Virus record (IMG/VR): IMGVR_UViG_3300021197_001635
Coordinates: 72,013-136,012 of that record
Direction: 5' to 3' (one strand)
Length of the DNA: 64,000 bases
DNA from: a virus
Both the position numbers and the translations under genes were made by a program. Of the stretch, positions 1 through 9,668 are shown in pieces. The notes under the pieces are model-generated. The model worked only from the letters and a program-made list of their open reading frames with translations, made no database searches and was not told the DNA's origin. Position 1 is the stretch's first letter. Every line of letters starts with the position of its first letter.

Positions 1-13
1 CTTTGGTGCTCTA

Positions 14-574
14 ATGAAGCACATGGATCCTGATTGCCTGAGTGTAGGAAGAGAGTCTAGACTGGTAATACCATTCTTCAACAAGAAGGGAGATGTGGTA
101 GCAGTTCAGGGAAGATCCTTGAAAATGCAGGATGAATCTAATGCACGCAAGACCGTAAAATACTTAACAGTCAAGTCTGATAAGAGCATAGACAGACTAT
201 GGTATGGACTTTGGAGGTGTGACACCAATAAGAAAGTGCACGTCGTTGAAGGTCCACTTGACAGTTTGTTCCTCAGCAATTCAGTCGCCATGGTTGGTGC
301 GGGTGCTGTTGATAACATACCAGATAGGCTGGTTGACAAAGATTTGATTTTTGTGCTAGATAATGAACCAAGAAACAAGCAAATTGTTCAGTATAATCAG
401 AATTTAATAGATCAAGGTAAGAAGGTGTGCATCTGGCCTAAGACGATCGTAGAGAAAGATATCAATGATATGGCATACAAGATGTCTACGAGAAAAATTG
501 AAAAAATCATTAACGAAAATTCTTTTAGTGGGTTGCAAGCGATAGCGAGACTCAGGGAATGGAGAAGAGCATGA
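14..574 (+). CDS. gp61: DNA primase (T4 gp61-like), C-terminal part; gene probably begins before the window
   Basis: RLVIPFF..QGRSL, TOPRIM VVEGPLDSLFL, DNEPRN, KDINDM motifs of T4-like primases. Confidence 0.9.
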   Translation: MKHMDPDCLSVGRESRLVIPFFNKKGDVVAVQGRSLKMQDESNARKTVKYLTVKSDKSIDRLWYGLWRCDTNKKVHVVEGPLDSLFLSNSVAMVGAGAVDNIPDRLVDKDLIFVLDNEPRNKQIVQYNQNLIDQGKKVCIWPKTIVEKDINDMAYKMSTRKIEKIINENSFSGLQAIARLREWRRA

Positions 575-1635
575 GAACTAATTGTAAGATGGAATACCTG
601 TGGTTGGATGGATATGAGACACCCAACATCAGAAGCAAGACCCGATACATGACCTTGGAATCTGATGACGAATCTATGACAGTTGAAGACATTCCAGAGT
701 GGGGATTTGACGGTTCCAGCACTGAACAGGCATCTGGCAGCGATAGTGATTGCATCCTCAGACCAGTATCAGTATTCTTGAACCCTGTGGACTCGACATC
801 TTTCCCCAATTCTTATCTGGTATTGTGTGAGGTGTTCAACAAAGATGGCACACCCCATGCATCCAATCACAGATCTTCTCTCAGAGAGATTTGTGAGGGT
901 ACAGATGATTTAGAAATGTGGATGGGTATTGAGCAAGAATATACAGTGATGGATTCTGAAAAGGGTAGACCGTATGGGTGGCCTGATATGGGTTATCCCC
1001 AGCCCCAAGGGCGATATTACTGCGGAGTTGGTGGTGATGTAGTTAAGATGAGAGATCTCGCCCATCAACATGCCATGTGTTGTCTGGACTCAAAAATACC
1101 ATTATGTGGAACCAATGCTGAGGTTATGCTATCTCAATGGGAATATCAGATAGGACCAGCATCCCCAATCAATGTATGCGATTTCTTATGGGTGTCAAGA
1201 TACATACTGGAGATTCTAGCAGAGAGTGTGGGTGCATCAATCAGTCTTGACCCTAAGTTAATCAAGGGTGATTGGAACGGGTCTGGAGCACACATCAACT
1301 TCTCCACCAAATTCATGAGAGAAGTTGGAGGCAAGGATTACATCAACGACGTCTGTGAGAGCCTAGGCAAGGCACACGAGGACCACATCGTTAATTATGG
1401 TGTTGGCAACGAACAGAGACTCACTGGTACTCATGAGACCCAACATATCAATGAATTCACTTATGGGGAGTCCGACAGAGGTGCTAGTATTAGGATCCCT
1501 CACTCTACTTCGGAAGAATACAGGGGATACCTAGAAGACAGAAGACCAGCATCCAATATGGACCCATACAAGGCAACAAAATGCTTGGTAGAAACGATGA
1601 AGAAGGTAGATTCTAAGGTAGAAATTGAAGTATGA
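571..1635 (+). CDS. glnII: Glutamine synthetase type II
   Basis: EYLWLDG, RSKTR, WGFDGSST.QA, GIEQEY, YYCGVG, NAEVM..QWEYQIGP, DWNGSGAH.NFST, RLTG.HET, DRGASIRIP, YLEDRRPASNMDPY; ~354 aa; ATG overlaps the primase stop (ATGA). Confidence 0.92.
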   Translation: MRTNCKMEYLWLDGYETPNIRSKTRYMTLESDDESMTVEDIPEWGFDGSSTEQASGSDSDCILRPVSVFLNPVDSTSFPNSYLVLCEVFNKDGTPHASNHRSSLREICEGTDDLEMWMGIEQEYTVMDSEKGRPYGWPDMGYPQPQGRYYCGVGGDVVKMRDLAHQHAMCCLDSKIPLCGTNAEVMLSQWEYQIGPASPINVCDFLWVSRYILEILAESVGASISLDPKLIKGDWNGSGAHINFSTKFMREVGGKDYINDVCESLGKAHEDHIVNYGVGNEQRLTGTHETQHINEFTYGESDRGASIRIPHSTSEEYRGYLEDRRPASNMDPYKATKCLVETMKKVDSKVEIEV

Positions 1636-2381
1636 ATGTGCTAGATCATGGTCATGTTGAGTTGGTAGACCACATGGGGTCTGATCTGACAGTATGTAAC
1701 TCCGCCAGAGTATCCTTCGCCAAGGAGACCGAATGGGAGGTCGACAAAGAGGCAGAAGATAGATTGAGAAAATCTGGTTCAAAGTATAGAGAATCTGATG
1801 TTGAAAAGTTATCTACTAAAGACGAACATTTAATCAGATACCTAGCAGAGCACGATCATTGGACCCCCTTTGCACATCCACAAGTCACCTTAAGGATCAA
1901 GGCCCCAGTATCAATAAGGACACAGTTCTTCAAGCACAAGCAAGGTTTTGTTGAAAATGAGATATCGAGGAGATACGTGGACGAAACACCTGAATTCTAT
2001 CACCCCAACTGGAGGAAAAGACCTTCTAAGGGGATGAAGCAGGGTAGTGACGGCACTCTAGAATGTTCAGGTGGAGGAGATACCTCTGGGGGGTTTGCCA
2101 CACACCCTTTGTATCGAAACTACAGCAGTCTGATGAAACAGGCAGAGTGTCTATATGAAGAACTGATTTCTGCAAACGTAGCACCAGAACAAGCAAGATT
2201 CGCACTGCCTCAATCAATGTATACTGAGTGGTACTGGACTGGATCTTTGTCAGCATATGGAAGATTTTATAAACTTAGGATCGACGCCCATGCACAATGG
2301 GAGATTCAGCAGTATGCTGATGCTATAGGTAAACTTATTAGACCTCTATTCCCAGTGTCTTGGAAATATTTGGTATCATAG
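1632..2381 (+). CDS. thyX: Flavin-dependent thymidylate synthase
   Basis: MGSDL.V.NSARVSF, HWTPFAH, KHK..F.ENEISRRY, EQARFALP, HAQWEI. Confidence 0.93.
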   Translation: MNVLDHGHVELVDHMGSDLTVCNSARVSFAKETEWEVDKEAEDRLRKSGSKYRESDVEKLSTKDEHLIRYLAEHDHWTPFAHPQVTLRIKAPVSIRTQFFKHKQGFVENEISRRYVDETPEFYHPNWRKRPSKGMKQGSDGTLECSGGGDTSGGFATHPLYRNYSSLMKQAECLYEELISANVAPEQARFALPQSMYTEWYWTGSLSAYGRFYKLRIDAHAQWEIQQYADAIGKLIRPLFPVSWKYLVS

Positions 2382-2408
2382 AATGCATATTTAAGATGGA
2401 GAATCATA

Positions 2409-2981
2409 ATGCAAAGAGTAAAAGAAGAAGTACAACTGCTTAAGGGTAAATTCGAGTTCCTTAATTGTCTAGAGACTGGAACAATTAGAACCTACACAGA
2501 AGGTCATGAAAGTACCAGACACATCTCAGAGGTGATAGGCGAAAATGGACACATTAAATCCTTAGAACTAATACCAGCCCATATCGAAGTGGCTAAGAAC
2601 ATATGTGTCAATTGCTGCGATAACATCACTTGGGTAGAGTGCGACTCTCTAGATCACCTTAAGAACGATGATGAGGAGATATATCACTTCGTCCTGCTAG
2701 ACAGTGTAAATGATCCAGTGCATATAATGGAGGAGTTCAAACTCGTTGCCAACAGAATGCATGAGGGTGGATCTATTATGGTAGATGACGCTGGCACAGA
2801 TGAGCAGGGCAACTACACCCCCAACCCCAACGAACAACATCAACCCAAGAAGGGTTGGCATATCTGGGATTGGTGTAAGGAGAAAGGTGTAGATGCTAAA
2901 ATTGTCACTGGTGGTCATTCAACACAAATAATGATACCTATGACCGAAGGAAATATGAAGATCTTCTCAGAATCTTTATGA
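2409..2981 (+). CDS. Putative class I SAM-dependent methyltransferase
   Basis: LETGT motif I-like, FVLLDS, GGSIMVDD (Methyltransf_24-like pattern). Confidence 0.6.
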   Translation: MQRVKEEVQLLKGKFEFLNCLETGTIRTYTEGHESTRHISEVIGENGHIKSLELIPAHIEVAKNICVNCCDNITWVECDSLDHLKNDDEEIYHFVLLDSVNDPVHIMEEFKLVANRMHEGGSIMVDDAGTDEQGNYTPNPNEQHQPKKGWHIWDWCKEKGVDAKIVTGGHSTQIMIPMTEGNMKIFSESL

Positions 2982-3058
2982 CCCACTTGCGACACCACAC
3001 TAACTGAAATAAATATGGATGCGTCTAATAGAATTCGAGCGAACAGGAGACAGAACCA

Positions 3059-4996
3059 ATGATTGAGTTGCCGACACCCTACCAACAGTTCATCCATCTA
3101 TCTAGATATAGTAGATGGTTAGATGAAGAAGGAAGAAGAGAGACTTGGAATGAGACTGTTAGTAGATATATGGGGTTCTTCAAGGAGCACTTGGAGAAGA
3201 CTCTGGGTTATAAGATGAGCGTAAATACCGAAAATACGGTTAAAAATGCTGTCCTCAATCTTGAAGTTATGCCCTCAATGCGATGTCTAATGACTGCTGG
3301 TGATGCATTAAAGAAAGATGCGGTTGCAGGATATAACTGTTCTTATCTGGCAATCAATAGAGTCAGAGCATTTGATGAAGTTCTTTACGCCCTGATGTGT
3401 GGCACTGGTGTCGGTTTTTCTGTGGAGAGAGAGTATGTATCTAAACTACCCACTATTGCAGAAGAATTTGAAGAATCAGATTCTACTATTGTTGTTCAAG
3501 ATTCAAGAATTGGTTGGTGTAAGGCTTACAGGGAGCTTGTCTCCCTACTTATTACAGGTCGTGTACCAAGATGGGACCTGTCACGTGTGCGTCCTAGTGG
3601 GTCGAGACTTAAGACTTTCGGAGGAAGAAGTTCAGGACCAGAAAGTCTGGAAGATCTATTTAGATTCACGGTGGAAGTCTTTAAGAAAGCATCTGGCAGA
3701 AAACTCACGACTATTGAGTGTCACGATCTCGTATGCAAGATTGCAGAAATTGTAGTGGTTGGTGGTGTGAGACGTTCCGCACTCCTTAGCCTTTCATCCT
3801 TGACAGATGAGAGAATGAGAGATGCCAAGCAGGGACAATGGTGGGTGATTGAACCACAACGTGCATTATCCAACAATTCGGTATGTTATAAGGAAAAGCC
3901 TGAGATTGGGACCTTCATAGAGGAGTGGTTGGCACTCTACAAGTCCAAATCAGGTGAAAGGGGCATCTTTAATAGAGACTCTGCCAAGACCACGGTGTCT
4001 AAAATCCAAGGTGGAAGAAGAGATCCCGATCATGACTTCGGTACTAATCCTTGCTCCGAGATTATACTTAGAGACAGAGAATTCTGTAATTTGTCAGAAG
4101 TGGTTGCAAGAGGAGATGACACGGTAGAGACTCTTAAGGAGAAGGTAAGACTTGCGGCAATCATAGGCACATGGCAGTCTACATTAACCGACTTTAGGTA
4201 TCTATCGGCAGAATGGAAGAAGAATTGTGAAGAGGAAAGACTCTTGGGTGTTTCTATCACGGGAATCATGGATTCTGTTCTTCTTAATGGAGACAAGAAA
4301 ACACTTGCTGCATTGCCTGGGCTACTAGAAGAATTAAGAGATATTGCAGTTAAGACCAATAAGGAGTGGGCATCTAGACTAGGTATCAATCCCTCTGCTG
4401 CTATCACCTGTGTTAAGCCTTCTGGTACTGTTTCTCAGTTGGTGGATTCTGCATCTGGTATTCATGCTAGACATAATCCATACTATATTAGAACTGTGCG
4501 TGCTAACGTTAAGGACCCGTTATGCAAATTCATGCAGGACAAGGGGTTCCCTTGTGAACCCTGCCACATGAAGCCTGATACAACCATGGTGTTCTCATTC
4601 CCAGTAGAGTCTCCCAAAAAGGCAATATTCAGACAGGATAAATCAGCCATCGAGCAGTTAGACTTATGGTTATTGTACCAAAAGCACTGGTGTGAACACA
4701 AGCCTTCTATCACGGTTTCGGTCATGGAGGGAGAATGGTTGGACGTTGGCACTTGGGTCTATAATAATTTCGACGATGTATGTGGGGTATCATTCCTGCC
4801 ATTTAGCGATCACTCATATAAGCAAGCACCTTATCAGGACTGTTCCAAAGAAGAATACAAGGTCTTGCTTAAGGAAATGCCCAAGGATATTGATTGGGAT
4901 GAATTGTGTGCATACGAGAAGGAAGATAACACGGCTGGCAGCCAGACGCTAGCATGCTCTGGGACGTCATGCGAGGTGGTTGACCTGACCCCATAA
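3059..4996 (+). CDS. nrdJ: Class II (adenosylcobalamin-dependent) ribonucleotide reductase, monomeric RTPR type
   Basis: MPSMR, GYNCSY, GGVRRSA, TNPCSE, FCNLSEV, ITCVKPSGTVSQL, C-terminal C..GTSCE. Confidence 0.92.
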   Translation: MIELPTPYQQFIHLSRYSRWLDEEGRRETWNETVSRYMGFFKEHLEKTLGYKMSVNTENTVKNAVLNLEVMPSMRCLMTAGDALKKDAVAGYNCSYLAINRVRAFDEVLYALMCGTGVGFSVEREYVSKLPTIAEEFEESDSTIVVQDSRIGWCKAYRELVSLLITGRVPRWDLSRVRPSGSRLKTFGGRSSGPESLEDLFRFTVEVFKKASGRKLTTIECHDLVCKIAEIVVVGGVRRSALLSLSSLTDERMRDAKQGQWWVIEPQRALSNNSVCYKEKPEIGTFIEEWLALYKSKSGERGIFNRDSAKTTVSKIQGGRRDPDHDFGTNPCSEIILRDREFCNLSEVVARGDDTVETLKEKVRLAAIIGTWQSTLTDFRYLSAEWKKNCEEERLLGVSITGIMDSVLLNGDKKTLAALPGLLEELRDIAVKTNKEWASRLGINPSAAITCVKPSGTVSQLVDSASGIHARHNPYYIRTVRANVKDPLCKFMQDKGFPCEPCHMKPDTTMVFSFPVESPKKAIFRQDKSAIEQLDLWLLYQKHWCEHKPSITVSVMEGEWLDVGTWVYNNFDDVCGVSFLPFSDHSYKQAPYQDCSKEEYKVLLKEMPKDIDWDELCAYEKEDNTAGSQTLACSGTSCEVVDLTP

Positions 4997-5000
4997 ATCT

Positions 5001-5008
5001 TATAAATA
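5001..5008 (+). promoter_or_regulatory. T4-type late promoter TATAAATA
   Basis: Exact consensus in the intergenic gap upstream of the small protein/porin pair. Confidence 0.6.
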
Positions 5009-5111
5009 TTCGCTTACGGGTTAAATTAACCCTAGGGGGACACGTTGTCCCCACCATTTTTAAATGGGGACTGGAGTTGGTCCCTATTGCTCAAACACAA
5101 GGAGAAATCTT

Positions 5112-5306
5112 ATGAGCACCAAGAAAGAGTCTTGCCCCGCGATGGGATGCAGCGACGCAGTTACGCGTACCTTAGGTAAGGTCGGAGTATGTCGCAGCAT
5201 GCTAATCACATTAGCACTACTTCCATACTCATGGAACGGTGTAGTCTGGATTGCTGATGCACTTCATTCACTTTGGAATGCTGCCACTAACGCAGTTGGA
5301 ACCTGA
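5112..5306 (+). CDS. Small Cys-containing membrane protein, Phycisphaerales-like
   Basis: SD AAGGAG; MSTKKESCPAMGC..LGKVGVCRSMLITLALLPYSWNGV; resemblance to Phycisphaerales hypotheticals recalled from memory. Confidence 0.65.
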   Translation: MSTKKESCPAMGCSDAVTRTLGKVGVCRSMLITLALLPYSWNGVVWIADALHSLWNAATNAVGT

Positions 5307-5336
5307 ATCGCTTAAGCGATTCAAGGAGATAATCCT

Positions 5337-6506
5337 ATGAATATTTCAAAGAAAAAGTGGATGATGTACGGTGGTATTGCCGCTGCTATTCTAATCGCTT
5401 CGGTCGCGGTTGCTGATGGACCTTCATATGAAGACCTTCAGGCCCGTCTAGACGCAGCAGAGGCAAAGATCGCACAGATTGATTCCGACCGTGCTCCAAG
5501 CTGGTTGGAAAGCAGACGTAGTGAAGAAGTTCAATCGCTAGTGCAAGATGTCCTTGCCGATGCAGAAGCACGAACGATGATGCAGGGAGACAATTCCCCA
5601 GTCACCGTTAATCTTCATGGATTTGCCATCACCCGTTGGGATTACAACAATGGTGGTGGTGTGGCAAGAAATAATGAATTCAGCATTCCATATGCTCGAC
5701 TTGAAGTCTCAGGAGAGATCCTAGGCAAGGTTGGGTACTATGTCAGTGGTGAATTCAGTGACTACACGAATGGCAGCATGGATCTTGTCGACGCCTACCT
5801 CACAATGGATGTGGGTCTGGGAGTGGACATGATGGCTGGTCAGTTCGTGACTGCATTCTACCGAGGTTTCACTGATTCACCATTGGATCAGATCGCGGGA
5901 GAGTACAGTATTCTTGCTACCACTTTTGGTCAAGGACGATCGCAGGGCCTTCAATTCACCAAAGATTTTGGTTGGTTGGATCTCTCTGCCTCTTATAACG
6001 ACGGTTTCGACACCAGCAATTCATTCATGATGGACAATGACTATGGTGTCAGTGTTCGTGGTGATGTGGATTTTGGTGCTGGATTCCGTGCAGGTGCAGC
6101 CTATGCTTATCAGTCAGAACTTGAAGACTACGGTACTTACACCGTGGACTTCGGATATTCTACCGATAAGCTAGATGCACAGGTCTCATGGGTTTCTGCC
6201 GACTATGCTGTCGGTGGATACAGTGACAACTATGGCTTCAACGCTAGTGTTGCTTATCGTTGTGCTGCCGACTTTACTGGTTTTGTTAATTATCAATGGG
6301 GCAAGCTAGGAGTTGCTTCAGAAGATCTTAACGTGCTAGAAATCGGTGCTAACTACGATATCAACGAATACGTTCGTTGGACCACCACCTTGGGTTATGC
6401 ATTTGATGCTGTAGCCCCAGAGTGGAATACCGCTCGTTCTGGATGGAACAGCGGTTCGGAGAATGGTCAGTATCTACTGCGTACACAACTCAGTGTAAGC
6501 TTCTGA
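5337..6506 (+). CDS. Outer-membrane porin (phosphate-selective O/P-like, Planctomycete type)
   Basis: Signal peptide, periplasmic coiled coil (WLESRRSEEVQSLVQDVLADAE), alternating beta strands, C-terminal Phe (RTQLSVSF). Confidence 0.8.
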   Translation: MNISKKKWMMYGGIAAAILIASVAVADGPSYEDLQARLDAAEAKIAQIDSDRAPSWLESRRSEEVQSLVQDVLADAEARTMMQGDNSPVTVNLHGFAITRWDYNNGGGVARNNEFSIPYARLEVSGEILGKVGYYVSGEFSDYTNGSMDLVDAYLTMDVGLGVDMMAGQFVTAFYRGFTDSPLDQIAGEYSILATTFGQGRSQGLQFTKDFGWLDLSASYNDGFDTSNSFMMDNDYGVSVRGDVDFGAGFRAGAAYAYQSELEDYGTYTVDFGYSTDKLDAQVSWVSADYAVGGYSDNYGFNASVAYRCAADFTGFVNYQWGKLGVASEDLNVLEIGANYDINEYVRWTTTLGYAFDAVAPEWNTARSGWNSGSENGQYLLRTQLSVSF

Positions 6507-6540
6507 TCTGTACGGGGGTCTCACCCTCGACACTTCACAG

Positions 6541-6574
6541 GAAGACCCCTGGCTCAGGCTGGGGGTCTTCTTTT
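6541..6574 (+). terminator. Rho-independent terminator
   Basis: GAAGACCCC..GGGGTCTTC stem followed by TTTT, after the porin gene. Confidence 0.8.
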
Positions 6575-6610
6575 ATATACCCTAACGCCTGTTAGGTATT
6601 TCTAGATATG

Positions 6611-6701
6611 CCCCTTCCTGATATCCCCCTTTTGATATCAGGAAGGGGTATTGATACCACCCGTTGTATATCTCCTAGGGGGTATACCACCCGTTGTATA
6701 T
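6611..6701. repeat. 15-bp inverted repeat plus 18-bp direct repeat pair (element copy 1)
   Basis: CCCCTTCCTGATATC/GATATCAGGAAGGGG (6611-6648); ATACCACCCGTTGTATAT at 6654 and 6684, separated by CTCCTAGGGGGT. Confidence 0.9.
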
Positions 6702-6724
6702 GAAGCCTTTTGGTAGGTAATATA

Positions 6725-6753
6725 TTGACAGAAGAATCCGCCTGTGGTACAAT
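6725..6753 (+). promoter_or_regulatory. Early sigma70-type promoter
   Basis: TTGACA-17 bp-TACAAT with extended -10 TG. Confidence 0.85.
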
Positions 6754-6759
6754 GGAAAT

Positions 6760-9027
6760 ATGGAAAAAACCGCTTTGAATACCAATCGTGACTCTAAGGA
6801 TATCCTCGCTCGACTGCTGGCGACCGAGAATATCTGTGTCGAACACCAACCAGTACCAACAGCATACTTCGATACAGTCGAACGTCGACTGGTCCTCCCA
6901 GTCTGGGAAAATATGGATAATGACCTTTACGACATGCTCGTTGGTCATGAAGTTGGTCATGCACTGTTCACCCCACATGGCAACGACTACACCAAGGCCG
7001 CAATCGAGCGAATCGATGCTGCTGCGCCTGATAGTCGAGTCATGCCATACCTGAATGTGGTCGAAGATGTCCGCATCGAGAAGGCAATCAAGGACAAGTT
7101 CCCAGGCCTTCGTCGCAATTTCATCAAGGCATACAAGGGCCTTGTTGACAGTGACTTCTTTGGAATCGCTGACAAGAATATCGATGAAATGTCGCTCATC
7201 GATCGAGTTAATGTACACTACAAGGTGGGCAACCACGTGGAAGTGGCATTTTCTTCCGAGGAGCAGGTCATCGTCGATCAGATCGATCAGGTCACCACAT
7301 GGGATGAGATGGTCGATGCCGCTGACGCATTGTACTCGCTCGCCAAAGAGCAGAAGCAGCAAGAGAAGCAGCAGGATCCTGATGATCAGGAAGAGTCTGC
7401 TTCTGCTGGTGACCACATGGACAACGAAGGTCAGTCCAGTTCTGCTGCCGATGAGGGCGACCAGTCCGACCAGACCGAGAACACCGATGGTGAAGGTGGA
7501 GAGCAGGGTGGTGAAGAGCAGGGTGATGACTCTGGTGACTCGATGGACGATGATACCGACGATGGTGAGTCTGCTGATAGTCAGATGTCTGACAGCAGCA
7601 GCGATTCTCAGGATGGTGGAAATCAGACAGTCGACCAGATGGTTGATATGTCAGATCTTCCTGATGAATGTGAGACACAGAAGTCGATGGAGAATGCCAT
7701 CGAGAAGATGACCGATCAGATTGATGACCGTCGTCGAGTCTATATCACAATGCCCAAGCCTGACCTCGATGCGATCGTCATTCCAGTGGGCAAGGTGATG
7801 GATGACTTCCGCAAGCACCTTGCTCGTGACCGATACGATAGTTATCGCGATGACTATCTTTCCGCTTGCTACAACATCTTCACCTCCTTCCAGAAGGATG
7901 TGTCCAAGACCGTCAACAAGATGGCACAGCAGTTCGAGATGAAGAAAGCAGCAGACCAGTACAAGAGACGTGCAGTTACCGATTCTGGTGTGCTCGACAC
8001 AATCAAGATGGTGAACTACCGATGGTCAGATGACGTGTTCCTGAAGAATACAGTCGTCCCTGGCGCTAAGAGTCACGGCATGATCATGTTCATCGACTGG
8101 AGTGGTTCGATGACTGATAAGATGTCCGATACCCTCAAGCAGTTGATGACTCTGATCATGTTCTGCAAGAAGGTCAACATCCCATACGATGTCTATGCCT
8201 TCACGAGCAGCTACGTAGAAGATCCTGACCGCTGCTCCGCTACCAGCCGCAGCTACAAGGAAGGAGATGGTTTGATTGGTGACCTCCGCCTTCTCAATCT
8301 CATGTCTTCCTCGATGAAGAATCGCGATTGGACAGAGATGATGACTTACATGACCATGCTCACCAATGCATATGCTAACACTAACGACAAGCACTTCACC
8401 ACTTCATATCGGGTGGTCCCACAGGGTTACCATCTGGGTTGCACACCTCTTGACGATGCAATCGTCTGTGCTGCTGCAGTTGCCAAGGATTTCAAGAATA
8501 CGTACAATACTCAGATTGTCAACACCATCTTCTTGACTGACGGTTGTACCTCCAGTAGTCCTCTTTCTGGTTATTATAGCGGTGCGAAGCATTACAAGAA
8601 CGGCCAGATGATCCATATTGATGGCATCGCTGTCCTCCGTGGCAAGCATGGCAAGATCTTCAACAATCACAAGACCACGACAGACAATCTGCTTGAATGG
8701 TTCACAGCAGAGACTGGTATCCCAGTGCTGGGCATCTACGTTTGCCGCGACCGAGAGCTATACTACCTCTGCAATGAAGTCACCGATGAGATGTACACGA
8801 AGTTCAAGGCAGAAAAGAGCCTGGTGCTTGAGAATAGCGGTGGTTACAAGTCATTGTACGTGATGAATTCGACGAACACCAAGAAGGTCAAAGGCATCGA
8901 TGATCTTTCTGGAGTAGTCAAGCCCGTGATGGTCAAGAATGCCATGGTCCGCGAGGCAAAGGCACGTAAGGCACAGCAGCGGATCATGGACACATTTGTC
9001 GCTAATATCTCCAAGGAGACAGTTTGA
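6760..9027 (+). CDS. CobT-like protein: metallopeptidase-like N-terminus, acidic linker, VWA domain
   Basis: HEVGH..NVVED.RIE; D/E/S/G-rich linker; MIDAS DWSGSM, TPL, FLTDG; known T4-like phage family. Confidence 0.85.
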   Translation: MEKTALNTNRDSKDILARLLATENICVEHQPVPTAYFDTVERRLVLPVWENMDNDLYDMLVGHEVGHALFTPHGNDYTKAAIERIDAAAPDSRVMPYLNVVEDVRIEKAIKDKFPGLRRNFIKAYKGLVDSDFFGIADKNIDEMSLIDRVNVHYKVGNHVEVAFSSEEQVIVDQIDQVTTWDEMVDAADALYSLAKEQKQQEKQQDPDDQEESASAGDHMDNEGQSSSAADEGDQSDQTENTDGEGGEQGGEEQGDDSGDSMDDDTDDGESADSQMSDSSSDSQDGGNQTVDQMVDMSDLPDECETQKSMENAIEKMTDQIDDRRRVYITMPKPDLDAIVIPVGKVMDDFRKHLARDRYDSYRDDYLSACYNIFTSFQKDVSKTVNKMAQQFEMKKAADQYKRRAVTDSGVLDTIKMVNYRWSDDVFLKNTVVPGAKSHGMIMFIDWSGSMTDKMSDTLKQLMTLIMFCKKVNIPYDVYAFTSSYVEDPDRCSATSRSYKEGDGLIGDLRLLNLMSSSMKNRDWTEMMTYMTMLTNAYANTNDKHFTTSYRVVPQGYHLGCTPLDDAIVCAAAVAKDFKNTYNTQIVNTIFLTDGCTSSSPLSGYYSGAKHYKNGQMIHIDGIAVLRGKHGKIFNNHKTTTDNLLEWFTAETGIPVLGIYVCRDRELYYLCNEVTDEMYTKFKAEKSLVLENSGGYKSLYVMNSTNTKKVKGIDDLSGVVKPVMVKNAMVREAKARKAQQRIMDTFVANISKETV

Positions 9028-9521
9028 TGGATCTTTTCGAAAGAGCATTAGTAGTCATAGTTTTTTCCTTTATGACTTGGTTCGCCATAGCCTCCACTGC
9101 GTATGCGGTGGAGGTGGGCGACATCAAAAAGCAGAATAAGTCCCTTCGCAAGCTGCTCGACGCAATTTGTGAGGTGGAATCAGGCTGCGATTCTTCCGCA
9201 GTTGGTGATAATGGAAAAGCCATCGGTGCTTATCAGATTTGGGAGAGTTATTGGATCGATGCCTGCAATTATAGCAGGAACGACGACTTGAGTCTTGACG
9301 ACGGTTATGAAAGTTGCCTAGATAAGGAATACGCAGAGAAAGTAGTGTTGACTTATTGGGAACGATATGCCAACGAGAAAAGACTTGGACGCAAACCAAC
9401 ACTCGAAGACAGAGCACGAATGCACAATGGTGGACCTCGTGCTGTATGGGCGAAGGGCAAGAAGAAGGAGAATCTTGACCTGTATTGGGAGAAGGTAAGT
9501 GAGGTACTTAACGGAGGCTGA
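9024..9521 (+). CDS. Destabilase/i-type lysozyme-like protein with N-terminal hydrophobic segment
   Basis: AICEVESG, GAYQIW..YWIDA, YWERYA, ARMHNGGP. Confidence 0.7.
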   Translation: MMDLFERALVVIVFSFMTWFAIASTAYAVEVGDIKKQNKSLRKLLDAICEVESGCDSSAVGDNGKAIGAYQIWESYWIDACNYSRNDDLSLDDGYESCLDKEYAEKVVLTYWERYANEKRLGRKPTLEDRARMHNGGPRAVWAKGKKKENLDLYWEKVSEVLNGG

Positions 9522-9524
9522 ACG

Positions 9525-9668
9525 ATGTCCGAAGGAGCAGGGAAGGGAGACAGGTTTAGACCAGTTGACCAAAAGAAATATGACGAGGGTTGGGAGTCCG
9601 CCTTCGGTGACAAGAAGAAAAAGAAAAAGAAGCATGTCGTAAAACGGCAGAAGGGCAAGAAAAAATGA
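9525..9668 (+). CDS. Small basic hypothetical protein
   Basis: Read by hand: MSEGAGKGDRFRPVDQKKYDEGWESAFG..; GGAGG upstream. Confidence 0.55.
   Translation: MSEGAGKGDRFRPVDQKKYDEGWESAFGDKKKKKKKHVVKRQKGKKK

Noticed and set aside
6654-6701. Direct repeats as a mini-CRISPR array
   Set aside because: Only two 18-bp units with a 12-bp spacer that is identical in both genomic copies; no cas operon (the PD-(D/E)xK gene at 45726 is a common T4-like exonuclease).
6592-7711. Long alternative-frame and antisense ORFs over the VWA gene (likewise 37469-38227 and 27179-27817)
   Set aside because: Shadow ORFs arising from biased codon usage or low complexity in real genes.
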